The notes under the pieces were generated by a model, which searched no databases, was not told where the DNA came from, and was given only the letters and a program-made list of their open reading frames with translations. From the NCBI GenBank assembly GCA_964565195.1, contig CAZMCQ010000001.1, positions 61,153-125,152 of the forward strand: 64,000 nt of DNA, in the 5' to 3' direction. This document shows positions 1 to 7,999 of the stretch, in pieces. Made by a program: the position numbers and the translations under genes. The first letter of the stretch is position 1, and each line of letters starts with the position of its first letter. The DNA comes from an uncultured Candidatus Saccharibacteria bacterium (lineage in GTDB: Bacteria > Patescibacteriota > Doudnabacteria > UBA920 > 2-01-FULL-46-14).

Positions 1-368
1 GTCTTTTTCGCGCTCCAGCCACCCTGGCGCGCGACCCAAACCGGATTGGTAAAATGATGCAAAGTGACAAACGTCGTAAAACCCATGCGCTTCAAAAGCG
101 CCAAAACCTCCTCATAATGGCGCAACTCCGCCTCATCCCACTGTCCGGCTTGCGGTTCAATCCGACTCCACTCCAGAGATAAACGGTGGGCATTCTGCTG
201 CAACTGTCCGGCCACGGCAAAATCCTCCGAGTAGCGGTGGTAATGATCGCAGGCTCGGCCGGCTTTGGGCACCTGCCTGCTTTGGGCCCAGTCATTATTG
301 ACAATCCCGCCCTCAACCTGATAGGCCGAGGTTGCGGCGCCCCATAAGAATCCTTTTGGAAACTGCAT
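1..368 (-). CDS. Beta-glucosidase, glycoside hydrolase family 1 (5' portion only; gene continues beyond window start)
   Basis: Manual translation of the minus strand from the ATG at 366-368 gives MQFPKGFLWGAATSAYQVEGG...CDHYHRYSEDF...SLEWSRIEP...TLHHFTNPVW. These are canonical GH1 N-terminal motifs. Track ORF 92..430 is the wrong frame of the same DNA. Confidence 0.8.
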   Translation of the reverse strand, partial: MQFPKGFLWGAATSAYQVEGGIVNNDWAQSRQVPKAGRACDHYHRYSEDFAVAGQLQQNAHRLSLEWSRIEPQAGQWDEAELRHYEEVLALLKRMGFTTFVTLHHFTNPVWVARQGGWSAKK

Positions 369-377
369 GGTTTAGCT

Positions 378-1220
378 TCACTTTTGGTTTCGGGTGAATT
401 CCCGGAAAAGGGTGAGTAATTTTTTAGCATACGGTCCGGGCCGGCCAGAACCGATTTTAATCTTATCCACCTTCACGACTGGCAAAACCTGCCGGTTCAT
501 TGAGGCCACAAACGCCTCGTCCGCATTTTTCAATTCCGCGTAGCGCAATTTGCGCCGCTCAACTTTGAGGCCGGCTTGGGGCGCAAGCCGCATAATAAAC
601 TTCAGGGTCACGCCCTCGAGCACCCCGTCCCTGGCAGTAATTAATTTTTTGCCTTTGATCATCGCAAAATTGGCAGTGCTGCACTCGAGAACATTTTTCT
701 GGTGGTCGAGATACAAAACCTCCTGGAAACCCGCGCGGCGGGCCTTTTTGTATTCCACGACGCCGGTCAGATAATCAATGGACTTGGCCACGGCATAAGG
801 GCGTTCGTAAACCAGGCTTTTGATTTTTATTCCGCGGTCATAAATCCAGGGCGGAAAGACCGGAAAATCCATAAATAAAATTATGAGGCGCGGCTGGCTC
901 ACCGGCAATAAAAAATTGCTGTCGCCGCCCGTGACAATCACCTTGATCGCGCAGTCCTGGCCGATCCGTCGAAGCCCCTCGCGGACTTTCCCGGCGATAA
1001 AGCCGCTCTGCGGAAGGGGCTTAAGCCCCAAAAGCCGCGCGGAGTTTTGCAACCGGCGCAAATGTTCACGCATGCCAAACGGCACGCCACGGTAACTGCG
1101 GAAGGGTTCGGCAATGCCAAAGGCGCGCTGGATGGACATATCCATCACCGAAATCTTCGCCTGCCGCATCGGCATAAATTTCCCGTCAACGTAAGCCAGC
1201 TCTTTCACCCGAGGTCGCAT
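378..1220 (-). CDS. Class IV aminotransferase (branched-chain amino acid / D-amino acid aminotransferase family)
   Basis: 280 aa, similar to the IlvE/DAAT PLP fold type IV family (e.g. GVPFGMREHLRRL, EVLYLD..NVLE). Assignment is from established family resemblance. Confidence 0.75.
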   Translation of the reverse strand: MRPRVKELAYVDGKFMPMRQAKISVMDMSIQRAFGIAEPFRSYRGVPFGMREHLRRLQNSARLLGLKPLPQSGFIAGKVREGLRRIGQDCAIKVIVTGGDSNFLLPVSQPRLIILFMDFPVFPPWIYDRGIKIKSLVYERPYAVAKSIDYLTGVVEYKKARRAGFQEVLYLDHQKNVLECSTANFAMIKGKKLITARDGVLEGVTLKFIMRLAPQAGLKVERRKLRYAELKNADEAFVASMNRQVLPVVKVDKIKIGSGRPGPYAKKLLTLFREFTRNQK

Positions 1221-1312
1221 GCTTTGATTATATCACAATAAAAAGCAGCGACCCTGCTCGGGGCGAATCCGGCTGCCCAATTTTGCCAAAATTTTATTTT
1301 CCTTTTAAAAAA

Positions 1313-1534
1313 CTATACCCCCGGCTGGCCATCCGTCTTGCCGCCTTTGCCCATAAAAATTTCATAAAGCGCGGCGAGGCCGACCAGGACGTAGATAATC
1401 TTAGCCACGACCGAGTCCATCCCGCCAACCAGCGCGCTCAAATCCCAGTTAAAAAGCGCTAAAACCAGCCAGTTCAAACCGCCGATTATCAAAAGCCAGA
1501 GGGCCAGCATGTGCATGCCACTTTTGTTTCCCAT
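1313..1534 (-). CDS. DUF378-family small membrane protein
   Basis: 73 aa with two TM segments and a GGLNWLVLALFNWDL motif typical of DUF378. Confidence 0.55.
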   Translation of the reverse strand: MGNKSGMHMLALWLLIIGGLNWLVLALFNWDLSALVGGMDSVVAKIIYVLVGLAALYEIFMGKGGKTDGQPGV

Positions 1535-1621
1535 CGTTTATCACCCCCTTTCAATTTTAATCATAGCGCACCAGAACGAAAGTCAACCCGGAGTTATGCA
1601 CAGGTGTTATGGTTGTCGAGG

Positions 1622-1650
1622 TTGAAAACTTTGGCCAAACGGATTATAAT
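1622..1650 (+). promoter_or_regulatory. Sigma70-like promoter: TTGAAA, 17 bp spacer, TATAAT
   Basis: TTGAAA at 1622-1627, a 17-nt spacer, then TATAAT at 1645-1650, about 30 nt upstream of the ATG at 1680. Confidence 0.55.
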
Positions 1651-1679
1651 TCCCAAGTCTAAGCGATGTTAAAGAAAAA

Positions 1680-2291
1680 ATGAAAAAATATCTGCTTTAT
1701 TTAGTCGTTGTCATTGCCTTGGCGGCAGGTGGGGTCTTCGCGATTTTCAAACCCAAACCAGCGCCGCCGGCTGGCGCTCCCGCTGACGTCCAAACTGAAA
1801 ACATGGCTCCAACCACGACCGCTTCTGAACCAGAGCCGTTGCCGCCGGCGCCAAGCGGATCAACGTCCGCGCCACCGGCAGCGAGCTCGAATTCGTCACC
1901 GCCAAGCCCAAGCCCGACCGCAAATCCTCCATCCACCAATGCCACGGCCCCATCCCCTGCCCCGACTCCGGAGCCAGAACCGCAAACGGCTGCGCCAAGC
2001 CCTGCGCCCGAGACGCAAAACTTTTCCGTGACGGCAGATGACTCAAGTGCGTCGCCTTCAGAAATTACTGCCACTAAAGGCAGCGTGATTAACCTCACCT
2101 TCAATGTCAAAAGCACTGGCGTATATTACGCGGGGCTGGATTTCCGCAGTTCAGTGGTCAATACCGGCACCATCCTGGCTGGCGATTCCAAGACCGTGAG
2201 TTTCACGGCCAGTGAATCTTTTGAATTCATCCCCTACTGGCCGGGCAGCGGCGTGCGCAAGGGCTACACCATTAAAATCAACGTGCAGTAA
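1680..2291 (+). CDS. Secreted or membrane-anchored protein with Pro/Ser/Thr-rich linker and C-terminal beta-rich (cupredoxin-like?) domain
   Basis: The N-terminal TM/signal segment is MKKYLLYLVVVIALAAGG. A ~90-aa PSTA low-complexity linker is followed by a ~90-aa globular C-terminus. It sits directly after the predicted promoter. Confidence 0.6.
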   Translation: MKKYLLYLVVVIALAAGGVFAIFKPKPAPPAGAPADVQTENMAPTTTASEPEPLPPAPSGSTSAPPAASSNSSPPSPSPTANPPSTNATAPSPAPTPEPEPQTAAPSPAPETQNFSVTADDSSASPSEITATKGSVINLTFNVKSTGVYYAGLDFRSSVVNTGTILAGDSKTVSFTASESFEFIPYWPGSGVRKGYTIKINVQ

Positions 2292-2354
2292 TTCCCTCGA
2301 GAATTGAAGTTTGAGAAAGAATTCGTTATCATAATGCGAGACGCGTTGCGACGA

Positions 2355-2428
2355 GCCGGTATCGTCTAATGGCAGGACGGTTGGTTCTCAGCCAACAAAT
2401 CGGGGTTCGATCCCCCGTACCGGTGCCA
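2355..2428 (+). tRNA. tRNA-Glu (anticodon CTC)
   Basis: Hand-folded cloverleaf. Acceptor stem is GCCGGTA/TACCGGT. D arm is TCGTCTAATGGCAGGACG, typical of tRNA-Glu. Anticodon stem GTTGG/CCAAC has loop TTCTCAG, giving anticodon CTC. T arm is CGGGG-TTCGATC-CCCCG. Discriminator G and CCA are encoded. Confidence 0.85.
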
Positions 2429-2432
2429 AATT

Positions 2433-3089
2433 ATGAACAAAGCATTCAAAGCAAAAGTAACGAAATCCACTTTCAAAATGCCGAAGTGGATGGAGTGCTC
2501 CTGGCGCAGGCAGGAGTGCGGCAGGAAAAGCTGCAAGATCTGCTCGCGCCTCCAGAAAGACCGGCAGCGGCATCTGGACGCCGGCGAAGATCCGGACGAT
2601 ATGGCCGTAGTCTTTGAAGACATCAGTCTCGCCTTCAAAGAGACGCTGGCCGCGATCAAGCGGGACGCGGAGCGGCTGGGGATTGATATTACCAACATTG
2701 ATCACATCCAAGAGCCGCCGCGGCCGGAAAAATTTTCGCTTTACCGAAAAGTCGCGGCTTGGCGGCATTCCATGGCCGACCTGCTGGAGGGTGCCGATCT
2801 TGACGAAGAAATCTGGCCATTTACCGATGAGGGGCAGGATTTGTCCTGGTACAAAAACACGCTCTGCGCCAAGGTTTATCGCCAGCTCACCAACCGCTGG
2901 CATCTGGACAGCGACGACGACTATGGGGAGTTTGACTACGAATACACGCAGTATGTGCTCAAAGAGTGTCTGAAAATTTTGAAAGCCTCGCTCTCCGAAC
3001 TTATCAAAATGGATTTGCGCCACAAACCCCAATTCCTCATTGCCCTGGCGAATCTCAATACTCTGGAAAGCAAAATTCTAAAAATCTAG
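2433..3089 (+). CDS. Hypothetical protein (Cys-rich N-terminus CSWRRQECGRKSCKIC, acidic C-terminal region)
   Basis: 218-aa ORF starting 5 nt after the tRNA, with soluble-protein-like composition. The competing minus-strand ORF 2388..3032 runs into the tRNA and was rejected. Confidence 0.45.
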   Translation: MNKAFKAKVTKSTFKMPKWMECSWRRQECGRKSCKICSRLQKDRQRHLDAGEDPDDMAVVFEDISLAFKETLAAIKRDAERLGIDITNIDHIQEPPRPEKFSLYRKVAAWRHSMADLLEGADLDEEIWPFTDEGQDLSWYKNTLCAKVYRQLTNRWHLDSDDDYGEFDYEYTQYVLKECLKILKASLSELIKMDLRHKPQFLIALANLNTLESKILKI

Positions 3090-4345
3090 GGTTTGTCCAG
3101 CCAGTCGGGAGATTGTCGGCAGAGGAGCCGCCCGGCTTTCTCCGGCTCGGCCATAATTTCCTTGACGATTTTCTCCATCCGCACGCCCTGCGAGCCCTTC
3201 ACGAGCACCGTATCCCCTTTTCGCAGCAGCCGCTGCACCGGCTTCAGGGCCTCGTCGCTTGTGGCAAACTCCAAAATATCTCTGGCCGGCATCCCGAGCC
3301 GCCGCGCCTCATCCGCGATGAATTTCGCGCGCGAGCCGACTGTCACCAAAACATTAATCTTTAATTCTACGACAACCGCGCCGAGCTGCCGGTGGCTACC
3401 CTCGGTAGACTCCCCAAGCTCAAGCATATCGCCCAGGACCGCGATGCGGCGCTTTTCCCCCAAACGCGCCAGGACCTCGAGCGCGGCCAGGGCCGAGCTT
3501 GGAGCGGCATTGTAAGTATCATCAATAATTTTGGTATCTTTGATACCGGCGAGGAGCCGCAGCCGCCCGGGCGGCGGCTCGAAAGCGCCAAGCGCGCGGC
3601 TGATCTCCACCAAGTTCATCTTGAGCGCCAGGCCGACGGCCACAGCCGCCAAGGCGGCATAGACATTCGGTTTGCCCAGGCCCCCGGGCAGCTCGACTGG
3701 CACCACATTGCCGTGGTAATGAATCTTGAAATATGTGCCGGCTGTTTTTTCCGCAAGGTCCGAGGCAAAGATATCTGCTTCCGGATCCAGGCCGTAAAAG
3801 AAGATCCGGTCGGCGTGTTTTAGGGCCATGGCCTGCACTTTCTCATCATCATAATTCAAAACCGCGGCGCCGCCGACCACGAGGCCGGTAATAATTCGGC
3901 TTTTTTCCCGGGCAATTCTTTCCACTTTGCCAAAATACTCCAGGTGCGACGGCCCCACCGCGGTCACCACGGAAATTTTCGGGTGCACAAAGGACATCAA
4001 ATACTCAATATCTCCGGGCCGATCCGCGCCCATTTCCAAAACCAGAACTTTCGGATACGGATAAGGAAGCAGGAACAACAGTTTGGCCCGGAGCAGAACA
4101 CCCAGCCAGGCCCAGATGTTTTTCCCGCCGGACTCGGCGCCGATAATAGCCAGCGGCACGCCGATCTCGTTGTTGTAATTGCCGCGGGATTTCCACGTCC
4201 GCAGTTTCGCGGCGGCCACTGCGAAAATTGCCTCTTTGGTGGAAGTCTTGCCCACGCTGCCCGTGATGGCGATCACGACTGGCTGGTATTTCCAGAGGAT
4301 TAGCTGCGACAATACGCGGAGAATGAATTGTAATAATCGTTTCAC
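3086..4345 (-). CDS. murF: UDP-N-acetylmuramoyl-tripeptide--D-alanyl-D-alanine ligase
   Basis: Carries the Mur ligase motifs ITGSVGKTSTKE and YNNEIGVP. 419 aa. Overlaps ftsI by 4 nt. Confidence 0.9.
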   Translation of the reverse strand: MKRLLQFILRVLSQLILWKYQPVVIAITGSVGKTSTKEAIFAVAAAKLRTWKSRGNYNNEIGVPLAIIGAESGGKNIWAWLGVLLRAKLLFLLPYPYPKVLVLEMGADRPGDIEYLMSFVHPKISVVTAVGPSHLEYFGKVERIAREKSRIITGLVVGGAAVLNYDDEKVQAMALKHADRIFFYGLDPEADIFASDLAEKTAGTYFKIHYHGNVVPVELPGGLGKPNVYAALAAVAVGLALKMNLVEISRALGAFEPPPGRLRLLAGIKDTKIIDDTYNAAPSSALAALEVLARLGEKRRIAVLGDMLELGESTEGSHRQLGAVVVELKINVLVTVGSRAKFIADEARRLGMPARDILEFATSDEALKPVQRLLRKGDTVLVKGSQGVRMEKIVKEIMAEPEKAGRLLCRQSPDWLDKP

Positions 4346-6012
4346 CTTGTCGGTGGCACCTGGTAATAATTCAAGATAAATTGCGCGAGTTCTCCGAAAA
4401 TCGGGGCGGCCGTGCTCTCGGCGAATTTTACATCTTTGGGATTGTCAATTCTTACCACGGCCGCAAACACCGGATTGTCCACCGGCGCAAAGCCGGCAAA
4501 CGAACCAATGGTCACGTTCGGTTCATAGCCCGCGCGGCCGGCCGCTGCAACCTGCGCGGTGCCGGTTTTGCCGGCCACATAGTAGCCCGGCACTGCGGCT
4601 CTCTTCCCATGCCCGTTTTCCACGACCGAGACCAGCATGGCACCCAGCGTGGCCGCGGTGCGGTCAGTAATTACTGCTTCTGCCTCGGCTACGCCCTGCC
4701 CTTCCACGATATAGGGCTTTATCATTTTACCGCCATTGGCGATTGCCGCAAAGGCGCGAGCCAGCTGCAGCGGCGTTACGGTAATGCCCTGGCCGAAGGA
4801 GGCGGTCGCATACTGGATATCGCCGGTGCGCTTGAGGTTGCGGAGATCCCCCGGCGACTCGGCCGGCAGAGTGATCCCGGTCTTCTCGCCAAAGCCGAAC
4901 CGCTTGATGGTCGCGAGAAATTTCTCGGCCCCGAGTTTATCCTGCGCATAAATAGCGCCGGTGTTAAGCGACTCTTCCAGCACCTGGGTCATCGTCCGCT
5001 GCCCGTGCGCCTTGCCGTCGGAATTTTTGATCGTAAAATCCTTAAAGCTCACCTGCCCCGTATCTTCATAAGTTTCGTCCGGGGTGATCGCGCCCTCCTG
5101 CAAAGCGCCGGCCAAGGTAATCGCCTTAAATACTGAGCCGGGTTCATACGCGTCAGAGACCGCGCGGTTTTTAAATACGCCCGCGTCCGCCACCTCGTTG
5201 AATGTGTTCGGATCAAAGGTCGGGTAGCTGGCCATGGCCAGAATCGCGCCGGTTTGGGGATCGAGCACCGTGATGCTCCCGGAATCCGCGCCGTGCCGGG
5301 CGACGCCGGCGGCGAGCAACGACTCCGCCTTGAACTGGATCGCGCGGTCAAGCGTCAGGGTGAGGTCAAGGCCGTCCTGCGCGGGCTGCAGTTTGCGGAA
5401 AGCACCGGAAATCCACCCGCCACCCGCGGCCTTTTCGGCAAACAGCGAACCGCTCTGCCCGGCGAGTTCCTCTTCAAAATACTCCTCCACGCCATAGCGG
5501 CCGACGCGCTTATCGCTGACATAGCCCAGGAAGCCCAGGACCTGCGAGGCAAAAATTTTCTCCGGGTAAAAACGGTGGGTTTCGCCCTGCAGGTAAATTC
5601 CGGACAATGCCAGTTTTTTCACTGCGAGAGCCTCGCTTTCCGGCAGCTGCTTTTTGATAGCCACCCACTTGCGGGAGTCGTCCGAGATTTTTTCAAGAAT
5701 TTCCCGCGCGCTCATCCCCACTACCGCGCTTAACGCGGCGGCGGTCTTCGCCTTGTCAAAAATTTCCGGCGGCACGGCATAGACCAGGGCTCTTTCCACA
5801 TTGGTCACCACTGGCACCGGATCGCGGCCGGCCGACTCCGAGACAAAAATCTGGCCGCGCTGCGGATAAAGAATTTTTGCCAGCTCGTGCTGATTCTCCG
5901 CAAGATTGCGGTAAAACGAATTCCCCAAAACCTGTAATGCAAACAGCCGCACGATGACGGCGGCTGTAAAGATTAGAAAAAAAATCGCCAGTAAAAAATG
6001 CCGAGACTTCAT
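4342..6012 (-). CDS. ftsI: Penicillin-binding protein 2 / FtsI-type peptidoglycan transpeptidase
   Basis: N-terminal TM helix, PBP dimerisation domain and transpeptidase motifs (SVFK, SxN, KTGT). Sits in the dcw position between ftsL and murF. Confidence 0.9.
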   Translation of the reverse strand: MKSRHFLLAIFFLIFTAAVIVRLFALQVLGNSFYRNLAENQHELAKILYPQRGQIFVSESAGRDPVPVVTNVERALVYAVPPEIFDKAKTAAALSAVVGMSAREILEKISDDSRKWVAIKKQLPESEALAVKKLALSGIYLQGETHRFYPEKIFASQVLGFLGYVSDKRVGRYGVEEYFEEELAGQSGSLFAEKAAGGGWISGAFRKLQPAQDGLDLTLTLDRAIQFKAESLLAAGVARHGADSGSITVLDPQTGAILAMASYPTFDPNTFNEVADAGVFKNRAVSDAYEPGSVFKAITLAGALQEGAITPDETYEDTGQVSFKDFTIKNSDGKAHGQRTMTQVLEESLNTGAIYAQDKLGAEKFLATIKRFGFGEKTGITLPAESPGDLRNLKRTGDIQYATASFGQGITVTPLQLARAFAAIANGGKMIKPYIVEGQGVAEAEAVITDRTAATLGAMLVSVVENGHGKRAAVPGYYVAGKTGTAQVAAAGRAGYEPNVTIGSFAGFAPVDNPVFAAVVRIDNPKDVKFAESTAAPIFGELAQFILNYYQVPPTR

Positions 6013-6359
6013 TTGTACGAAAACCCCTGCTTGGGCAGGTATTTCATATTTTTACTCGGTACGAGGTTCAAAGTTTTTATCTCCAGATCCATGCTCTGGA
6101 TGGCTTTGCGGGAAGCGGCCTCTATTTCCAGACGATCACGCTCCGCTTTGGCTTGCGCGAGCGTGTTCTCAAGACGCTTGATTTCGTAGCCCTGCGTGGA
6201 GAGATTGTTCACGGCCAAAAGATAGGCGATGCTCGTCGCGACGAGCATCGCCGCGATCCAAAACCCAAAATCCGGACGAATTTTCATCCTCGTTTTATTT
6301 CTTGTCTTACTCTTGTAGATCGCTGGCAAGGCGAGCGACAGAGCGAAAAATCTTCCCAT
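6009..6359 (-). CDS. ftsL: FtsL-like cell division protein (start uncertain; alternative ATG at 6287)
   Basis: Single TM (FWIAAMLVATSIAYLLAV) plus a coiled-coil periplasmic tail, between rsmH and ftsI. The track ORF to 6524 overlaps rsmH and was trimmed. The ATG at 6287 is preceded by GAGG with zero spacing. Confidence 0.55.
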   Translation of the reverse strand: MGRFFALSLALPAIYKSKTRNKTRMKIRPDFGFWIAAMLVATSIAYLLAVNNLSTQGYEIKRLENTLAQAKAERDRLEIEAASRKAIQSMDLEIKTLNLVPSKNMKYLPKQGFSYK

Positions 6360-6376
6360 TTTGCAGCAGAGTTTAA

Positions 6377-7363
6377 TTATAATTTCTGCGCCACGCGCAA
6401 TTTGGCGGATTGGGCGCGTCGATTTCCGGCGATCTCTTCGGCGGAGGCCGTAACCGGTTTTTTCGTGGATATCCGCAAAGTGGCGCGGGCATCGCAGCGG
6501 CAGACCGGGAATTCCGGAGGGCAAACGCAGTTGCGGGCTTCTTTTTGAAAAAAACTTTTGACGATCCGGTCCTCCAGCGAATGAAAAGAGATCACCACAA
6601 GCTTCCCTCCCCCCTTACTCCCCTTACCCCCTTTCAGGAGTTCCAAAGCTTGCGGCAAGGCCTTTTCCAGCGCGCCCAATTCATCGTTAACCTCAATCCG
6701 CAGACTCTGGAATATTCTTCTCGCGGTATCACCGGCGCGGAAACGGAATTTGGCCGGCAACGCTTTTTTAATGAGCTCAAAAAGTTGATCCGTGGTCTCA
6801 ACGCTGCCGGTTTTGCGTGCCTCCAGAATGGCTCGCGCTACCCGCTTCCCCCATCTTTTTTCTTCGCCGTAATCTCTGAATATTCTGTATAAATCTTTTT
6901 CCGAAAATTGATTGACGATGCTCTCGGCCGTTTCGGATTTCGAATTTCGTGCTTCGGATTTATCGAATCGCATATCCAGTGGCCCGGCTTTCTGAAAGGA
7001 AAATCCCCGCTCCGGATCATCAAGCTGATGACTACCGAGGCCAAGATCGAAAAGAATGCCATCCACTTCTGCAAAACCGTGCTCTTCGGCAATCTCTTTT
7101 ATGTCTTTGAAGTTTCCGGCCACAATGCGCAGTTTGTCATTCTGGAGCGGAGCGATAGAATCCCTTGAGATCCTATCGGGGCTTCTTCCCTCCAGGATGA
7201 CGGCTGTTTGAGGATCCCTATCTATGCCCAATACTATTCCACCCCCTTTCACAATCTCCTTTGCATGCCCGCCCATTCCGTACGTGGCGTCAATGTATCG
7301 CTTGCCCGGGGCCGGATCGAGGAATGCGATAACTTCTTTTAAAAGAACCGGGGTATGATTCAC
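6377..7363 (-). CDS. rsmH: 16S rRNA (cytosine1402-N4)-methyltransferase RsmH (MraW)
   Basis: MNHTPVLLKEVIAFL...DATYGMGGHA is the SAM methyltransferase signature. Sits in the dcw position after mraZ. Contains a Gly/Lys-rich insertion LKGGKGSKGGGK. Confidence 0.9.
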   Translation of the reverse strand: MNHTPVLLKEVIAFLDPAPGKRYIDATYGMGGHAKEIVKGGGIVLGIDRDPQTAVILEGRSPDRISRDSIAPLQNDKLRIVAGNFKDIKEIAEEHGFAEVDGILFDLGLGSHQLDDPERGFSFQKAGPLDMRFDKSEARNSKSETAESIVNQFSEKDLYRIFRDYGEEKRWGKRVARAILEARKTGSVETTDQLFELIKKALPAKFRFRAGDTARRIFQSLRIEVNDELGALEKALPQALELLKGGKGSKGGGKLVVISFHSLEDRIVKSFFQKEARNCVCPPEFPVCRCDARATLRISTKKPVTASAEEIAGNRRAQSAKLRVAQKL

Positions 7364-7788
7364 ACCAACTGCTCCAGTGCCTCCGCAATATCAGTTGACT
7401 GTTTTTCTGTTTGTTTCTTATAGGTTGCCCACCTGCCTTCGTCCCAAATTTCCAGACGATTGTAGAGCCCGGCCACTACCACGCGCTTTTTTATGCCCGC
7501 GAACTGGCGCAGGTAATCCGGGATGATGACCCGGCCGGTCTTGTCCATTTCGAGGTCCATGGCGCCAGCGAGCATCAGGCGCGAAAACGCGCGAGTGTTC
7601 GTCCGGCTGATGGGAAGGGCGGAGAGTTTTCTCGCCAAAATTTCCCACTCTCTGGCAGTGTATAAGAAAAGGGCGCTGTCCAGTCCCCGTGTCACCACGG
7701 CTCCGCGGCTAAGCGAGCTCCGGAATTTGACGGGGATGGACAGCCTTCCTTTCTCATCCACTGTTAATGAATATTCACCGATGAACAC
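7360..7788 (-). CDS. mraZ: Transcriptional regulator MraZ
   Basis: MFIGEYSLTVDEKGRLSIPVKFR shows the duplicated MraZ/SpoVT-AbrB fold signature. It is the first gene of the dcw cluster. Confidence 0.9.
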   Translation of the reverse strand: MFIGEYSLTVDEKGRLSIPVKFRSSLSRGAVVTRGLDSALFLYTAREWEILARKLSALPISRTNTRAFSRLMLAGAMDLEMDKTGRVIIPDYLRQFAGIKKRVVVAGLYNRLEIWDEGRWATYKKQTEKQSTDIAEALEQLV

Positions 7789-7800
7789 ACCAATTTGTCA

Positions 7801-7861
7801 TTCCCGCGCAGGCGGGAATCCATAAATATTAAATAATATGGATCCCGGCCTTCGCCGGGAT
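7801..7861 (-). promoter_or_regulatory. Pair of GC-rich palindromes (TCCCGsC-N4-GsCGGGA) upstream of mraZ
   Basis: TTCCCGCGCAGGCGGGAA lies at 7801-7818 and ATCCCGGCCTTCGCCGGGAT at 7842-7861. Their centres are about 42 bp apart, 13-73 nt upstream of the mraZ ATG. Confidence 0.4.
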
Positions 7862-7960
7862 GGAAAACTCGGGTACGAGTTTCCCACATATCCCCACTCT
7901 TTTCCACAAATCTACCACTTCCCCCCTATTATACTCCACCCAAGTTTTTTCGTCAATACT

Positions 7961-7987
7961 AAAAATCGCCATCTTTGGCGATTTTTG
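7961..7987 (-). terminator. Rho-independent terminator downstream of the dehydrogenase gene
   Basis: Perfect inverted repeat AAAATCGCCA-TCTT-TGGCGATTTT with flanking A/T tracts. Confidence 0.6.
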
Positions 7988-7999
7988 TCAAATTAAGAA

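Noticed and set aside
92-430. Track ORF 92..430 (-), 112 aa
   Set aside because: It is a +1 frame-shifted reading of the same DNA that encodes a clear GH1 beta-glucosidase N-terminus starting at 368. Its start also overlaps the aminotransferase gene.
2388-3032. Track ORF 2388..3032 (-), 214 aa, antisense to the hypothetical gene
   Set aside because: Its 3' end runs into tRNA-Glu (2355-2428) and its Gly/Pro/Arg/Phe-rich composition looks like an antisense shadow. The plus-strand ORF was preferred.
6009-6524. Track ORF 6009..6524 (-) as a 171-aa protein
   Set aside because: Its upstream 55-80 codons overlap the rsmH coding region in another frame. Only the C-terminal FtsL-like part, starting at 6359 or 6287, is plausible.
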